From positions 123,566,001 to 123,630,000 of the forward strand of contig NC_135656.1 in NCBI RefSeq assembly GCF_964188315.1: 64,000 nt of DNA, read 5' to 3'. Position 1 is the stretch's first letter; the number at the start of each line of letters is the position of its first letter. Of this stretch, positions 48,901 through 61,500 are shown piece after piece. The notes under the pieces are model-generated. The model was not told the origin of the DNA, did no database searches, and was given only the letters and a program-made list of their open reading frames with translations. Position numbers and translations under genes: made by a program. Origin of the DNA: Podarcis muralis (lineage: Eukaryota).

Positions 48901-49734
48901 CCCAAAATATTTACCTTCCTGTCCTATGAAGAATGTTTGGGGAGCCTCCTGGCTTCCCTTGCCCTCCTCTTATCCTTAACCACAGGTTTTGTGTTAGGAA
49001 TCTTCACTAAATATAAAGAAACTCCCATAGTCAAAGCCAACAACAGGGACCTCTCCTACATCCTCCTCATGTCTCTACTGCTCTCCTTTTTGTCCTCCTT
49101 CCTCTTCATTGGAAAGCCAAGGAACGTGACCTGCCTTCTCAGACAAACAGCCTTCTGCATCATCTTCTCAGTTGCTGTCTCTTCTGTCTTGGCAAAAACC
49201 ATCACTGTAGTGCTGGCCTTCCTGGCCACTAAGCCAGGGAACAAGGTGAGGAAATGGCTGGGGAAGAGTTTGGCCCACTCCATTGTCATTTCCTGCTCCA
49301 GTGTCCAACTTGTCATCTGCACCATCTGGCTGGGGATCTCTCCTCCATTCCCAGACTTTGACCTGAGCTCTCAACTTGGAGAGATCATTGTCCAATGCAA
49401 TGAAGGCTCTGTTGCCATGTTTTATGGTTCTCTTGGCTACATGGGCTTCCTGGCTGCCATCTGCTTCACAGTGGCTTTCTTAGCAAGGAATCTGCCTGGG
49501 GCATTCAATGAGGCCAAGCTGATCACCTTCAGCATGCTGGTCTTCTGCAGTGTTTGGGTGTCCTTTGTGCCCACCTACCTGAGCACAAAGGGAAAATTCA
49601 TGGTAGCCGTTCAGATCTTCTCCATTTTGGCCTCCACTGCTGGGCTCCTGGGTTGCATCTTCATTCCCAAATGCTACATTATTATATTGAGGCCTGATCT
49701 GAACACAAAGGAGCACCTGACAACAAAAAACTAA
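39668..49734 (+). CDS. V2R copy 2, 848 aa. Exons 39668-39876, 40500-40791, 41513-42301, 44806-45036, 46893-47019, 48836-49734
   Basis: Exon lengths and phases identical to copy 1. All exons open, with the same class C GPCR motifs. Confidence 0.93.
42704..42945. mobile_element. Tigger-like MITE
   Basis: TIRs plus TA TSD. Confidence 0.88.
43579..44101 (+). mobile_element. 5'-truncated RTE-X-like LINE
   Basis: 12-bp TSD gttgtgaaccac; CPNW...[18 protein letters not shown]-terminus; terminal AATAAA. Confidence 0.6.
45141..46248. mobile_element. L1 insertion with an inverted 5' segment (ORF2 end on minus, ORF1 piece on plus)
   Basis: ORF 45484..45744 (-) L1 ORF2 C-terminus; ORF 45818..46180 (+) L1 ORF1-like; 13-bp TSD ttgact(g/t)caatct; empty site in V2R-1 at ~29780. 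Confidence 0.75.
47905..48126. mobile_element. Penelope-like element inverted terminal-repeat remnant
   Basis: Perfect 85-bp inverted repeat (47939-48023 / 48042-48126), 12-bp TSD aggatgtaatgg; absent in the V2R-1 intron. Confidence 0.75.
48032..48069 (+). ncRNA. Minimal type-I hammerhead ribozyme motif
   Basis: GUAU-CUGAAGA-A-GUGUG(CAUG)CACAC-GAAA-GCUC/AUAC: conserved core, stem I, stem II, palindromic AGCU helix III. Confidence 0.7.
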
Positions 49735-49946
49735 GCATGGCATTTGATCCTTAGCTCTACAGATATCATAAAATTGTACAGCTGAAAGCCCCAGCCAGAA
49801 TCTCAACTGGAGTTAAACTGTTCATGACCCATAGCAGGATTCCATAAGCTGCTTAAGAAGTTGCAAACGGAATTGCTAAAGTACAAAAAGAACTTAGCTG
49901 AATTAGGAAGGTACTGACTACGTAAGGGATATAGGTAAAAGGTCTT

Positions 49947-52900
49947 TGTTGTTGTTTAGTCGTTTAGTCGTGTCCGACTCTTCGTGACCCCATGGACCAG
50001 AGCACGCCAGGCACCTCTGTCCTCCACTACCTCCCGCAGTTTGGTCAAACTCATGCTGGTAACCTCGAAAACACTATCCAACCATCTCGTCCTCTGTTGC
50101 CCCCTTCTCCTTGTGCCCTCCATCTTTCCCAGCATCAGTGTCTTCTCCAGGGAGTCTTCTCTTCTCATGAGGTGGCCAAAGTACTGGAGCCTCAGCTTCA
50201 CGATCTGTCCTTCCAGTGAGCACTCAGGGCTGATTTCCTTAAGAATGGATGCGTTTGATCTTCTTGCAGTCCATGGGACTCTCAAGAGTCTTCTCCAGCA
50301 CCATAATTCAAAAGCATCAATTCTTCGGCGATCAGCCTTCTTTATGGTCCAGCTCTCACTTCCATACATCACTACTGGGAAAACCATGGCTTTAACTATA
50401 CGGACCTTTGTTGGCAAGGTGACGTCTCTACTTCTCAAGATGCTGTCTAGGCCTGTCATTGCCCTTCTCCCAAGAAGCAGGTGTCTTTTAATTTCGTGGC
50501 TGCTGTCACCATCTGCAGTGATCATGGAGCCCAAGAAAGTAAAATCTCTCACTGCCTCCATTTCTTCCCCTTCTATTTGCCAGGAGGTGATGGGACCAGT
50601 GGCCATGATCTTCATTTTTTTGATGTTGAGCTTCAGACCATATTTTGCGCTCTCCTCTTTCACCCTCATTAAAAGGTTCTTCCTCCTCACTTTCTGCCAT
50701 CAAGGTTGTGTCATCTGCATAACTGAGGTTGTTGATATTTCTTCCGGCAATCTTAATTCCAGTTTGGGATTCATCCAGCCCAGCCCTTCGCATGATGTAT
50801 TCTGCATATAAGTTAAATAGGCAGGGAGACAATATACAGCCTTGTCGTACTCCTTTCCCAATTTTGAACCAATCAGTTGTTCCATATCCAGTTCTAACTG
50901 TAGCTTCTTGTCCCACATAGAGATTTCTCAGGAGACAGATGAGGTGATCAGGCACTCCCATTTCTTTAAGAACTTGCCATAGTTTGCTGTGGTCGACACA
51001 CTCAAAGGCTTTTGCATAGTCAATGAAGCAGAAGTAGATGTCTTTCTGGAACTCTCTAGCTTTCTCCATAATCCAGCGCATGTTTGCAATTTGGTCTCTG
51101 GTTCCTCTGCCTCTTCTAAATCCAGCTTGCACTTCTGGGAGTTCTCGATCCGCATACTGCTTGAGCCTTCCTTGTAGAATTTTAAGCATAACCTTGCTAG
51201 CGTGTGAAATGAGTCCAATTGTGTGGTAGTTGGAGCATTCTTTGGCACTGCCCTTCTTTGGGATTGGGATGTAGACTGATCTTCTCCAATCCTCTGGCCA
51301 CTGCTGAGTTTTCCAAATTTGCTGGCATATTGAGTGTAGCACCTTAACAGCATCATCTTTTAAAATTTTAAATAGTTCAGCTGGAATACCATCACTTCCA
51401 CTGGCCTTGTTATTTGCAGTGCTTTCTAAGGCCCATTTGACTTCACTTTCCAGGATGTCTGGCTCAAGGTCAGCAACCACACTACCTGGGGTGTATGAGA
51501 CATCCATATCTTTCTGGTATAATTCCTCTGTGTATTCTTGCCACCTCTTCTTGATGTCTTCTGCTTCTGTTAGGTCCTTACCACTTTTGTCCTTTATTAT
51601 GGTAATCTTTGTACGAAATGTTCCTTTCATATCGCCAATTTTCTTGAACAGATCTCTGGTTCTTCCCATTCTGTTGTTTTCCTCTATTTGTTTGCATTGC
51701 TCGTTTAAGAAGGCCTTCTTGTCTCTCGTTGCTATTCTTTGGAAATCTGCATTCAATTTCCTGTATCTTTCACTATCTCCCTTGCATTTTGCTTGCCTTC
51801 TCTCCCCCGCTATTTGTAAGGCCTCATTGGACAGCCACTTTGCTTTCTTGCATTTCCTTTTCATTGGGATGGTTTTCGTTGCTGCCTCCTGTACAATGTT
51901 ACGAGCCTCCATCCATAGTTCTTCAGGCACTCTGACCACCAAATCTAAATCCTTAAACCTGTTCCTCACTTCCACTGTGTATTCATAAGGGATTTGACTT
52001 AGATTGTATCTTACCGGCCCAGTGGTTTTTCCTACTTTCTTCAGTTTAAGCTTGAATTTTGCTATAAGAAGCTGATGATCTGAGCCACAGTCAGCTCCAG
52101 GTCTTGTTTTTGCTGACTTGTATAGAGCGTCTCCATCTTTGGCTGCAGAGAATATAATCAATCTGATTTTGATGCTGCTCATCTGGTGATGTTGATGTGT
52201 AGAGTCGTCTCTTGTGTTGTTGGAAAAGCGTGTTTGTGATGACCAGCTTGTTCTCTTGACAGAACTCTATTAGCCTTTGCCCTGCTTCGTTTTGAACTCC
52301 AAGGCCAAACTTGCCAGTTGTTCCTTTTATCTCTTGATTCCCTACTTTAGCATTCCAATCCCCTATAATGAGAAGAACACCCTTCTTTGGTGTCATTTCT
52401 ATAAGGTGTTGTAAGTCTTCATAGAATTGGTCAATTTCAGTTTCTTCAGCACCAGTGGTTGGTGCATAAACTTGGATTACTGTGATGTTAAAAGGTCTGC
52501 CTTGGATTCGTATCGAGATCATTCTATCATTTTTCAGATTGCATCCCAGTATAGCTTTCGCCACTCTTTTGTTGACTATGAGGGCCACTCCCATTTCTTT
52601 TACGGGTCAGCACCAGTAGTTGGTGCATAAACTTGGATTACAGAGCTGTTCCACCAGGCCTTTGGTCAGGGCACAGCCTGACCCCCTCCTCTGGCAATCG
52701 GCAATCTGCACAGAATTTTGCTTGATGGTTGCCATTAATTTGATTTTAATTTGATTTAATTAATTTTATAATGAATGTTTTTAGAATGTCGGACTATTTT
52801 GATTGTTGTTAGCCGCCCTGAGCCCAGCTTCGGCTGGGGAGGGCAGGATATAAATAAAATTTATTATTTATTATTATGTTAAAAGGTCTGCCTTGGATTC

Positions 52901-53553
52901 GTATCGAGATCATTCTATCATTTTTGAGATTGCATCCTAGTACAGCTTTCGCCACTCTTTTGTTGACTATGAGGGCCACTCCATTTCTTTTACGGGTTTC
53001 TTGCCCACAGTAGTAGATGTGATGGTCATCCAAACTGAATTTGCCCATTCCCCTCCATTTTAGTTCACTGATGCCCAGGATGTCAATATTTATTCTTGCC
53101 ATCTCATTTTTGACCACCTCCAACTTACCCAGGTTCATGGTTCTTACATTCCAGGTTCCTATGCAATATTTTTCTTTACAGCATTGGACTTTCCTTTCGC
53201 TTCCAGGCATATCCGCAACTGAGCGTCCTTTCGGCTTTGGCCCAGCCGCTTCATCAGCTCTGGATCAAATTGTACTTGCCCTCCGCTCTTCCCCAGTAGC
53301 ATGTTGGACGCCTTCCGACCTGAGGGGCTCATCTTCCAGCGTCATAACTTTTATATGCCTGTTGTCTTTGTCCATGCAGTTTTCTTGGCAGGGATACTGG
53401 AGTGGCTTGCCGGTTCCTCCTCCAGGTGGATCACGTTTGGTCAAAACTCTCCACTATGACCTGTTCATCTTGTGTGCCCTGCTCGGCGTAGTTCATAGCT
53501 TCTCTGAGTTCTTCAAGCCCCTTCGCCACGGCAAGGCAGTGATCCATGAAGGG
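49947..53553 (-). mobile_element. Full-length Bov-B LINE (frameshifted)
   Basis: 5' UTR, EN (IGTWNVRT, GDWNAKVG), RT (FIDYAKAF, VRQGCILSP, YADD) and (CAA)n tail; 13-bp TSD ggtaaaaggtctt; empty site at ~34770. Confidence 0.95.
52641..52877 (+). mobile_element. L2 3' tail nested in Bov-B
   Basis: Matches the 28700-28920 L2 tail. Confidence 0.82.
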
Positions 53554-56500
53554 GGTAAAAGGTCTTATGGGAATAATAATAATAACAACAACAACAATAA
53601 CAATATATTTATTTATTTATTTCTCCACCCATTCTGGGTGGCTTACAGCACATTTTGAAATATAAGAAAAATTAAACATTAAAAACTTCCCGATACAGGT
53701 CTGCCTGATACAGGGCTGTCTTCTAAAAGTGATGTAGGTCTTTATATCCTTGTCATGTGAAGGGGGGAGGTTCCACAGGGAGGGCGCCACAACCCAGAAG
53801 GTTTTCTGCCTGGTTCCCTGTTACTTCTCACAGTGAGGGAACCACCAGAAGGCCCTCAGTATTCAGGCATTGCAATGGGGGTGGAGATGCTACTTCAGAT
53901 ATACAGCGCCCAGGCTGTTTAGGGCTTTAAAGGTTAGCACCAAAACTTTGAATTGTGCTCAGAAATGTACTGGGAGCAAGTGAAAATACTTTAGCACCTA
54001 TGTTATATTGTCTCGGCGGCCACTCCCAATCACCACATTGTGGATTAGTTGTAATTTTTGAGTCAACTTCAAGGGTTTCCCACGTAAGTCACATTGTAGT
54101 AGTCCAAGCAGGAGATAACCAGGGTATCCATAGCAGGATTTCATAAGCTGCTTAAGACGTTGCAAACTGAATTGTTAAAGTACAAAATGAAATTAGCTAA
54201 ATTAGGGGGGGAAATGATATTAAACTAGCTACATAAGAGATATTGGTAAAAGATCCTATGGGAATCTAATAATAAGAATAAGAATATTTTATTATTTATT
54301 TCTCCAGCCACTCTGGGTGGATTACAGCACATATCAAAACATAATAAAACACCAAACATTAAAAACTTCCCAATACAGGGTTGCCTTCAGATGTATTCTA
54401 AAAGTTATGTTGTTCTTTATCTTCTTGACATCTTGGGGTGAGGGGTGCCACTACCAAGAAGGCTCTCTCTGTAGATTCATAATCTGGGGAACCGGGTTCA
54501 CATCTCCGCTCCTCCACATGCAGCTGCTGGGTGACCTTGGGCTAGTAACACTTCTCTGAAGTCTATCAGCCCCACTCACCTCACAGAGTGTTTGTTGTGA
54601 GGGAGGAAGGGAAAGGAGAATGTTAGCCGCTTTGAGACTCCTTTGGGTAGTGATAAAGCGGGATATCAAATCCAAACTCTTCTCTTCTTCTCTGCCCTGG
54701 TTCCCTGTAACTTCACTTGTTGCAGTGAGGGAACCAGCAAAAGGCCCTCAAAGGGGGACCTCAGTGTCCAGGCAGAATGATTGGGTGTAGACGTTCCTTC
54801 AGGTACACATGGCAGAGGCCAGTTAGGGCTTTAAAGGTCAGCACCAACACTTTGAATTGTGCTCATAAACATACTGAGAGCCTCTGAAGATCCTTTAGGA
54901 CCGATGCTATATGGTCTCGGCGGCCACTCCCAGTCAACTAGTCTTGCTGCCGCATTGTGGATTAGTTGTAGTTTCCGAGTCACCTTCAAGGGTAGCCGCA
55001 TGCAAAGCACATTGTAGTAGTCCAAGCAGAAAATAACCAGGGCTTGAACCCCTATGGGGAGACTGTGGGCAGTTAGGGTCTCAGCCAGTATCTTGACTGA
55101 AATTTTGGTTTTGGACTGGAGCATGGACATTGATTTTAGATCGTCAGAAAAGAGATGAGTAGTCTCAGGAAAATTAAAGTTGTCAGACTTGTAGATAAAG
55201 AGAACTTTGTAAAGTTTTGTGCCATCTACAGAGTATCGTAATGCATGTGATAATGGCCTCATGTAGGCATTTTCTATTTTCTATGCTAACAATTTCAAAG
55301 TATAGAACCAAGTGTTTTTAGGTCAGGTGATCGTCTGCTCTTCAGAAATAGCTGCACCTGGGCAGAATCCGTCTCTCTGGAAATACCTTTGCTGCTTTGC
55401 ATGTGTCAATTTATATTGATCTCTCGTGCTGTTTCCTTCAGATTTCTTCCCTGTATTACAGACTCTGAACCTCGAAGTAAAATCTCCTTTTATGACATGA
55501 TTTCTGGTGTCTTCCTTTATGGCCTTAATAACTGACAAGCCCCTCACCCATCTAGAATCTGCGCAATTGCTGACCTGCAGTCTGCAGCCTGCAGTCAGAC
55601 ATCTCAGTTTGATTAATCCTAAACCATCAGAGGGGTGACCCTAAATGAAAATCCTGCACAACAACAAAAAAGGCCTTTTCCACCCTAAGGCTGCTTCAGT
55701 AAAGAGAAATTGATGGGGATTAGGAGTGTAACATTGTGTTACAACCATATAAACCCAAATTCTGGTGCTAAAAATAAATTCCTGATGTGAGCATGTGCTC
55801 AGAGGTATCCTGGGCCTTAGTTCTGAATTACGCATTGGGAGAGTGCTGCAGAAATCAGCTCCAGTGTGCTTACAGGCATCCTTGGGGTATCTGTTTGGCT
55901 GCTGTGAGAACAGGATGCTGGATTACATTAGCCTCATTCATCCCAACACAGGTGCAGGGCTCATCTGATGCCCCTCCCCATAGTCATTATTTTGCGCTAG
56001 GCTCTGGTTGAGCTAGAAGCTTGGGCTTCTAGTTAAAAGCAAATTAGTCCCTGAGATTCTAATTGCGCTAGTAAGGGCAGAGCTGAGAATTTCATCTTAA
56101 CTGGCAGCTCCCATTTTGGGTTGCTTGGCCCACCCGCTTTATCCAGCAGCACAGATGATAATGGATGGGGTCCAAAAGGGATGCCCAATGCCCAGAATGA
56201 AGAAATGGCACCTAGTGGTCAGCAGCAGAACAAGCAGTTTAATGCAGAGCCAAACAGCAATGGCTCTCTCCTCCCTTTAAAGGACCAGGGTGTTTACCAT
56301 ATGAATGTTTACAATAGGTGGTCAATTTTCCAAGGAATGTGAAATGGATCCAAGTCCTGGTTACTGGTCAGATACACAAAAACAAGAGATGGCATGTTCA
56401 CACCTGATGAAAATCCATTACCTCAGGACAAAGGAGGAAGAATGTGGGCAGATTAGGATGGTCCAACAGTGAAGATGTCAGACCCTCCTGCTTGAGGAGA

Positions 56501-57116
56501 TGATGTGTGATATCACAAGCACACGTGACGTCGCCAGTGTGCAGTAGGCTCCCATAATGTCGGGTGGTACTCGGCATACCTGATTTTGAACTCCCCTTTG
56601 GGATTTGTATGTTGCGAGCTGCCCTGGGATCTTTGGATGAAAGACAGTATACAAACCACAACAACGTGTATGTGTAAGCTGGGTAGACCTCATCGAATTC
56701 ATTGGGATACTGGATAAAAGCTTCAATGGGGCTTCAAAGGGCTGGATGTTGCTGCAATTGTCCATGGAAGCATTATTTCCTTTACAAAAAATTCTCTAGT
56801 TCTTGGAATGTATTTGTTGGGCTGGAGAGAAATATAGGGGATGCTGATGGTGTATTAACTACGCTATTGCCCAGTGGCACCACAGACTGAGATGGCAGAG
56901 GTGGTCTCTGGCACGGTTTTGGAGGACCATAGTTATGCAGAATTTGCCATTGGGGCCACTTGGGACTTAATGGCTTCCATGACAATCATTGGACTTACTC
57001 AAATGGGTGCACACCTGAATTCAAGATTGGGTTGCTGCAATGCACTTTCTCTGGGTCTTTTATTGAGAGATTCAGTGCTTTTGTTTGTTTTTGAAATTCA
57101 TTGTGTAGGCCTATTT

Positions 57117-57700
57117 CATAGAATCATAGAATCTTTGAGTTGGAAGTGATCCAAGGGTTATTTAGTTCAACCCCCTGCATTGCAGGAATGTCAGCTAAAG
57201 CATCCAGGGCAGATGACCCTCCGACCTCTGCTTAAAACCTCCAGGGAAGGAGAGCCCACAGCCTCCTGAGGGAGACCTTTCCACTGTCAAACAGCTCTTA
57301 CTGTCAGAAAGTTTTTCCTTATGTCTAGTTGGAATCTTGTTTCCTGCAACTTGTTTCCTGCAACTGTTCCATGGTCTAACAGCTCTTACTGTTAGAAGGT
57401 TTTTCTGTGTGTCTAGTGGGAATCTCCTTTCCTACAACTTGAAGCCATTGGTTCAAGTCCTACCTTCCAGGAGAAAACAAGCTTGCTCAAAATTAACGAA
57501 TTGTATAAATATGAAAAGCATAATTTTTTTGAGAAAAAAAACAAGCTTGCTTCGTCCTCCATGTGACAGCCCTTCAGATATTTGAAGATGGCTATCCTAT
57601 CTCCTCACAGTCTCCTCTCTCCCAGGCCAGACATACACAGCTCCTTCAACCGTTCCTCATAAGGCTTGGTTTCTAGACCCTGGATAGTTGACCTGCTCTT
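57117..57700 (-). mobile_element. CR1 3' remnant
   Basis: (ATTCTATG)n tail; paralog of 38211-38775. Confidence 0.78.
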
Positions 57701-58503
57701 GCAATTGAGTCAATTGATACGTTATCACTCCTATGGAGGTAGGAAAATAGCATGTAGGGAAAGTTCTGCTCTCATCTCCAGCTTGTGGGCTTCCCTTTGG
57801 GTCACCTGGTTGGCCATTGTGAGAACAGGATGCTGGACTTTGTGGGCCTTTGGCCTGATCCAACCTTAGGGCTTTTCTGATGTCAATCATGTTCTGCCAA
57901 ATTCACCTTGATGATCAGTGGCACCCTATTGAGTAAACATGTTTTCTTCTGCTCTGCACCTGCTCCCATCAAGTTTCAGGGGAGATCTTTCTTCCCTTAA
58001 CAATAATCAGAATCACAGTGATCAATTTTTATTCTTTCCTGAGTCCAAGTAGCCCTCACCCCACCTGTTGAATATTGCCTTTGGGTTCAATAAGGTAAAT
58101 ATCGTAATTAAGGGCAGCAGGAAGATTTTTATCCCACTGTGCCTAAAAGGCTGGATGTATAAGATACATATTGTGCCAAAAAAATCCTGGGGGCCAAGAC
58201 ACAGAGCAGGTGAAGTGGGAAGGTACATCTGTGTGATGCTGCCTTCTAGATCAGAAATTTTGACTGACGTCCTCAGCCTTGCCTGGAACAGGGAGTAGAG
58301 ATTGCACCCTCTCACCTTCTTGGTGCTAAATACATGCTCCACCTCTGAACCATCACCCTTCAGCTCTGAGACCGGAGCTGGACACCTCCCTGCATTTGTC
58401 AATTCACCGCAATCTCTGATTTGCAATAATTTGGGGCTCACTGCAAACAGCAGCTAGTGTTTGGTGGAACAGCTACAAGGAAAGCATAGTAGGTAGACCC
58501 AGA

Positions 58504-61500
58504 ATGATAATACTACTTGTGTTCCTGCCTCTTGCAACCAATGGGTTGCAGCTGAGGGCAAAATGCCCACTGAACACGATCAAGGAGCGAACGTTGGCTT
58601 CAAATTTTTACCAGCTAGCAGACCACCTCATTAGTGGAGTCACATCTCAAAGATTCTTTAATGAGCAACATCCATTCACCTTCTCCAGCACTCCTGTCAG
58701 CAGACTTAATTCGTAAGTAATGATGCATTTCTGTATTTCTGCTTCCTATCTACTCTCCCTTTCCCATAATACACTTGTTTTCTGATACCTTTGAAAAAAT
58801 TCCTTTTGTTTCATTCCTTAATTTATTTAAAGTGTTCTATATGTCTGTTCAGTTGGGGGAAAGCCATTTTTCAAAGCATTTTATAATGTATTTTATGTAA
58901 TTAGTAGTAGTAGTTTTGCCATGTACTGCTCTCCAAAGCATAACTTGTTTTCTAAAAGGTTGGAAGTCTTGCGGGATGTTTTTGAGTTGCAGGTTTTTTT
59001 GTAGTAAATAAAATGGGAACACAATTCTTTTCCCATGCACAACAAAATCTATGCAACTGCAAATTGTAAATGTCAACTGTCATTTGCAATGCAGCCTGGG
59101 GGTCAATGTGGCTCAAGGGACTTTTGGTAGGTCACCAGAAATGAGGCTGATTTGTGTTCTGATCTTCCCTCCATACTCCCCCCTTGCAAAAATACTGTAG
59201 ACACAGGTACAGCAGACCTCTGTCTCACTTTGCTCTAGCTCTTGGTCTATTTTCCTAGTTGCTTTGATTAATACAAAAAAGAATGTGAGGCTGACTGTGT
59301 GACACACTTTTTTCACAGCTGGGTGGATAAGAAGAACTCACACGTTATTTCCTTCTCCCTTGCTGTTCGGGATATTAATCATAACCCCAGTCTCTTGCGC
59401 AACATCACCCTGGGCTACAGCATCTATGATACCTTTTGTGAGGGAAGACTGACTTCTGACTCCATGACAGACCTGCTTGCTGGTGGGAAAATCAATATTC
59501 CAAACTACCACTGTGGGAAACAGAAAAGGCTGCTAGCTGTTCTTGAAAAGAGTGAATTTGATATCTCCACACACATTGCAAACATGTTGGGTATCTACAA
59601 GATCCCACAGGTAATCAATGGGTCCAAGTGAAACACTCCTGGCAATATTAGCCACTTGTTGTTGTTGTTGGCATCTGTGTGTCTTGAACGACAATGGAAT
59701 GAGCCTCTGGGATGAAGTCAAACCACTGTTTTAGCAACATCAAAGTCACCTCCACAGTCCACAAGCCTGGGCAGTGGGTACGAAGGTCCTGGCCTACCCA
59801 GATGACAAGACCTCCCTCTCAGCTTCACTGCTGTGGTCCAAAGGAAAGCAGAGCAATACAGTTGGCACAAGCTTGGCTGCAGGAGTTGCTGGAAGGAGGC
59901 AAACAAAGCACCACTCAGCTGACTTAGGATTTGTGCAGGGTTTACTCCTTAGACTTTTCTTCTTCCACATGTTGGAGGATATGAAGGGTGATGGAACTCC
60001 CTTGCAGTTGAGGACAGACAGGACCCTTTCCAATGTCTTTCTAGGGCCTACATTTTGTCCCTTTTTCTTTTTTAATTGCCAAGCAAGCAGTTTTCCTGGT
60101 TTATTTGCGAATTCAAAATTTTTCTGCCTTAACATTTTAATCTTCCATTCAATTTCGTGGTTCACCAACATCGAGAATTGTGTCTGTCACATTTTTATAT
60201 TCTGTTTTATTGGTTTTTTTCCAGGTTTTTTATTCAATTCTTTTTCATTTCTAATCAGTTCTTCCAAAATATCTTTCTTTTTACCTTCTCTAACTTTTTG
60301 GGGGTATGCACTTTGCTGAAATAAAAAATCCTCTCATCACTACTTTACTTGTATCCCAGACCGTATTAAGTTCTATCTCTTGATTCAGATTTCATTCAAA
60401 ATAGTCTTTCAGAATATTTTCTCCTTTTTGCAAAGTTAATTGGTTATCTATAAGACCTTCATTTAACCTGCACCTAAATGTGGAGTTTTCTTCTCCTTTC
60501 AATTCCAGTAACACTGGATTATGGTCTGAGAGTGTCCTTGGTTGTACAGTGGTACCTCGGGTTACATACACTTCAGGTTACATACACTTCAGGTTACAGG
60601 CTCTGCTAACCCAGAAATAGTACCTTGGATTAAGAACTTTGTTTCAGGATGAGAACAGAAATCGTGCTCCAGCGGCGCAGCGGCAGCAGGAGGCCCCATT
60701 AGCTAAAGTGGTGCTTCAGGTTAAGAACAGTTTCAGGTTAAGAACGGACCTCCGGAATGAATTAAGTACTTAACCCAAGGTACCACTATATTTCTATTCT
60801 TTTTGTTCTGTGTTAGTTCATTTCATGTCCATATTGAATCACTTCTTCCAGCAGATTCATTTGGTTCTGAAAAATGAATATATTCTCTTTGAAATAGATG
60901 TCTAAATCTTCAGACATCAATCAATTTTAGGTTCTCCACCATACTGAAAAAAAATTACAGGTAGCGTTCCTTCTTTTGAGTCCGTTTTTCTTATTGTCCT
61001 GTCCATTTCTAAAGAGACTGCTCCATTTAAATCACCTATTAATATAATCTTTTGATCCATAAACTCAAACAATTTTTCTTCCAATTCTTAAAAAAAATCT
61101 TTTTTGTCATTTGGCGCATAAAATATATAAATAAAATAGAAAAGATGAATCTGAAATTTTTAACTTGGAATGTTAATGGACTAAACAATAAATTAAAAGG
61201 GAATAAAATTGAACATGTATTACAAAAAGAGAATTTGGACATAATATGCTTGCAAGAAACACATGTAGCAAGAAAACATAGAAGAGTCTTGATAAATAAA
61301 TGATTGGGGATGGACTTTATAACATCAGATAAAACAAAAAAAAAAGAGGTGTGGTAATTTATGCTAAAAATAGATATAACCTGAAACAGTTATTTAAAGA
61401 TGAGAATGGAAGGATGATAGCAACAGAGATAACTTTACAAGGCAAATTTTTTGTGTGATAATTGGACTATATAATTAAAAAGGTCTAATTAAGGGTCTTG

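Noticed and set aside
49984-51988. Long plus-strand ORFs (275 aa, 193 aa)
   Set aside because: Antisense shadows of the Bov-B ORF.
58022-58441. 139-aa minus-strand ORF upstream of V2R-3
   Set aside because: The frame is broken in the two paralogous promoters and there is no recognisable domain.
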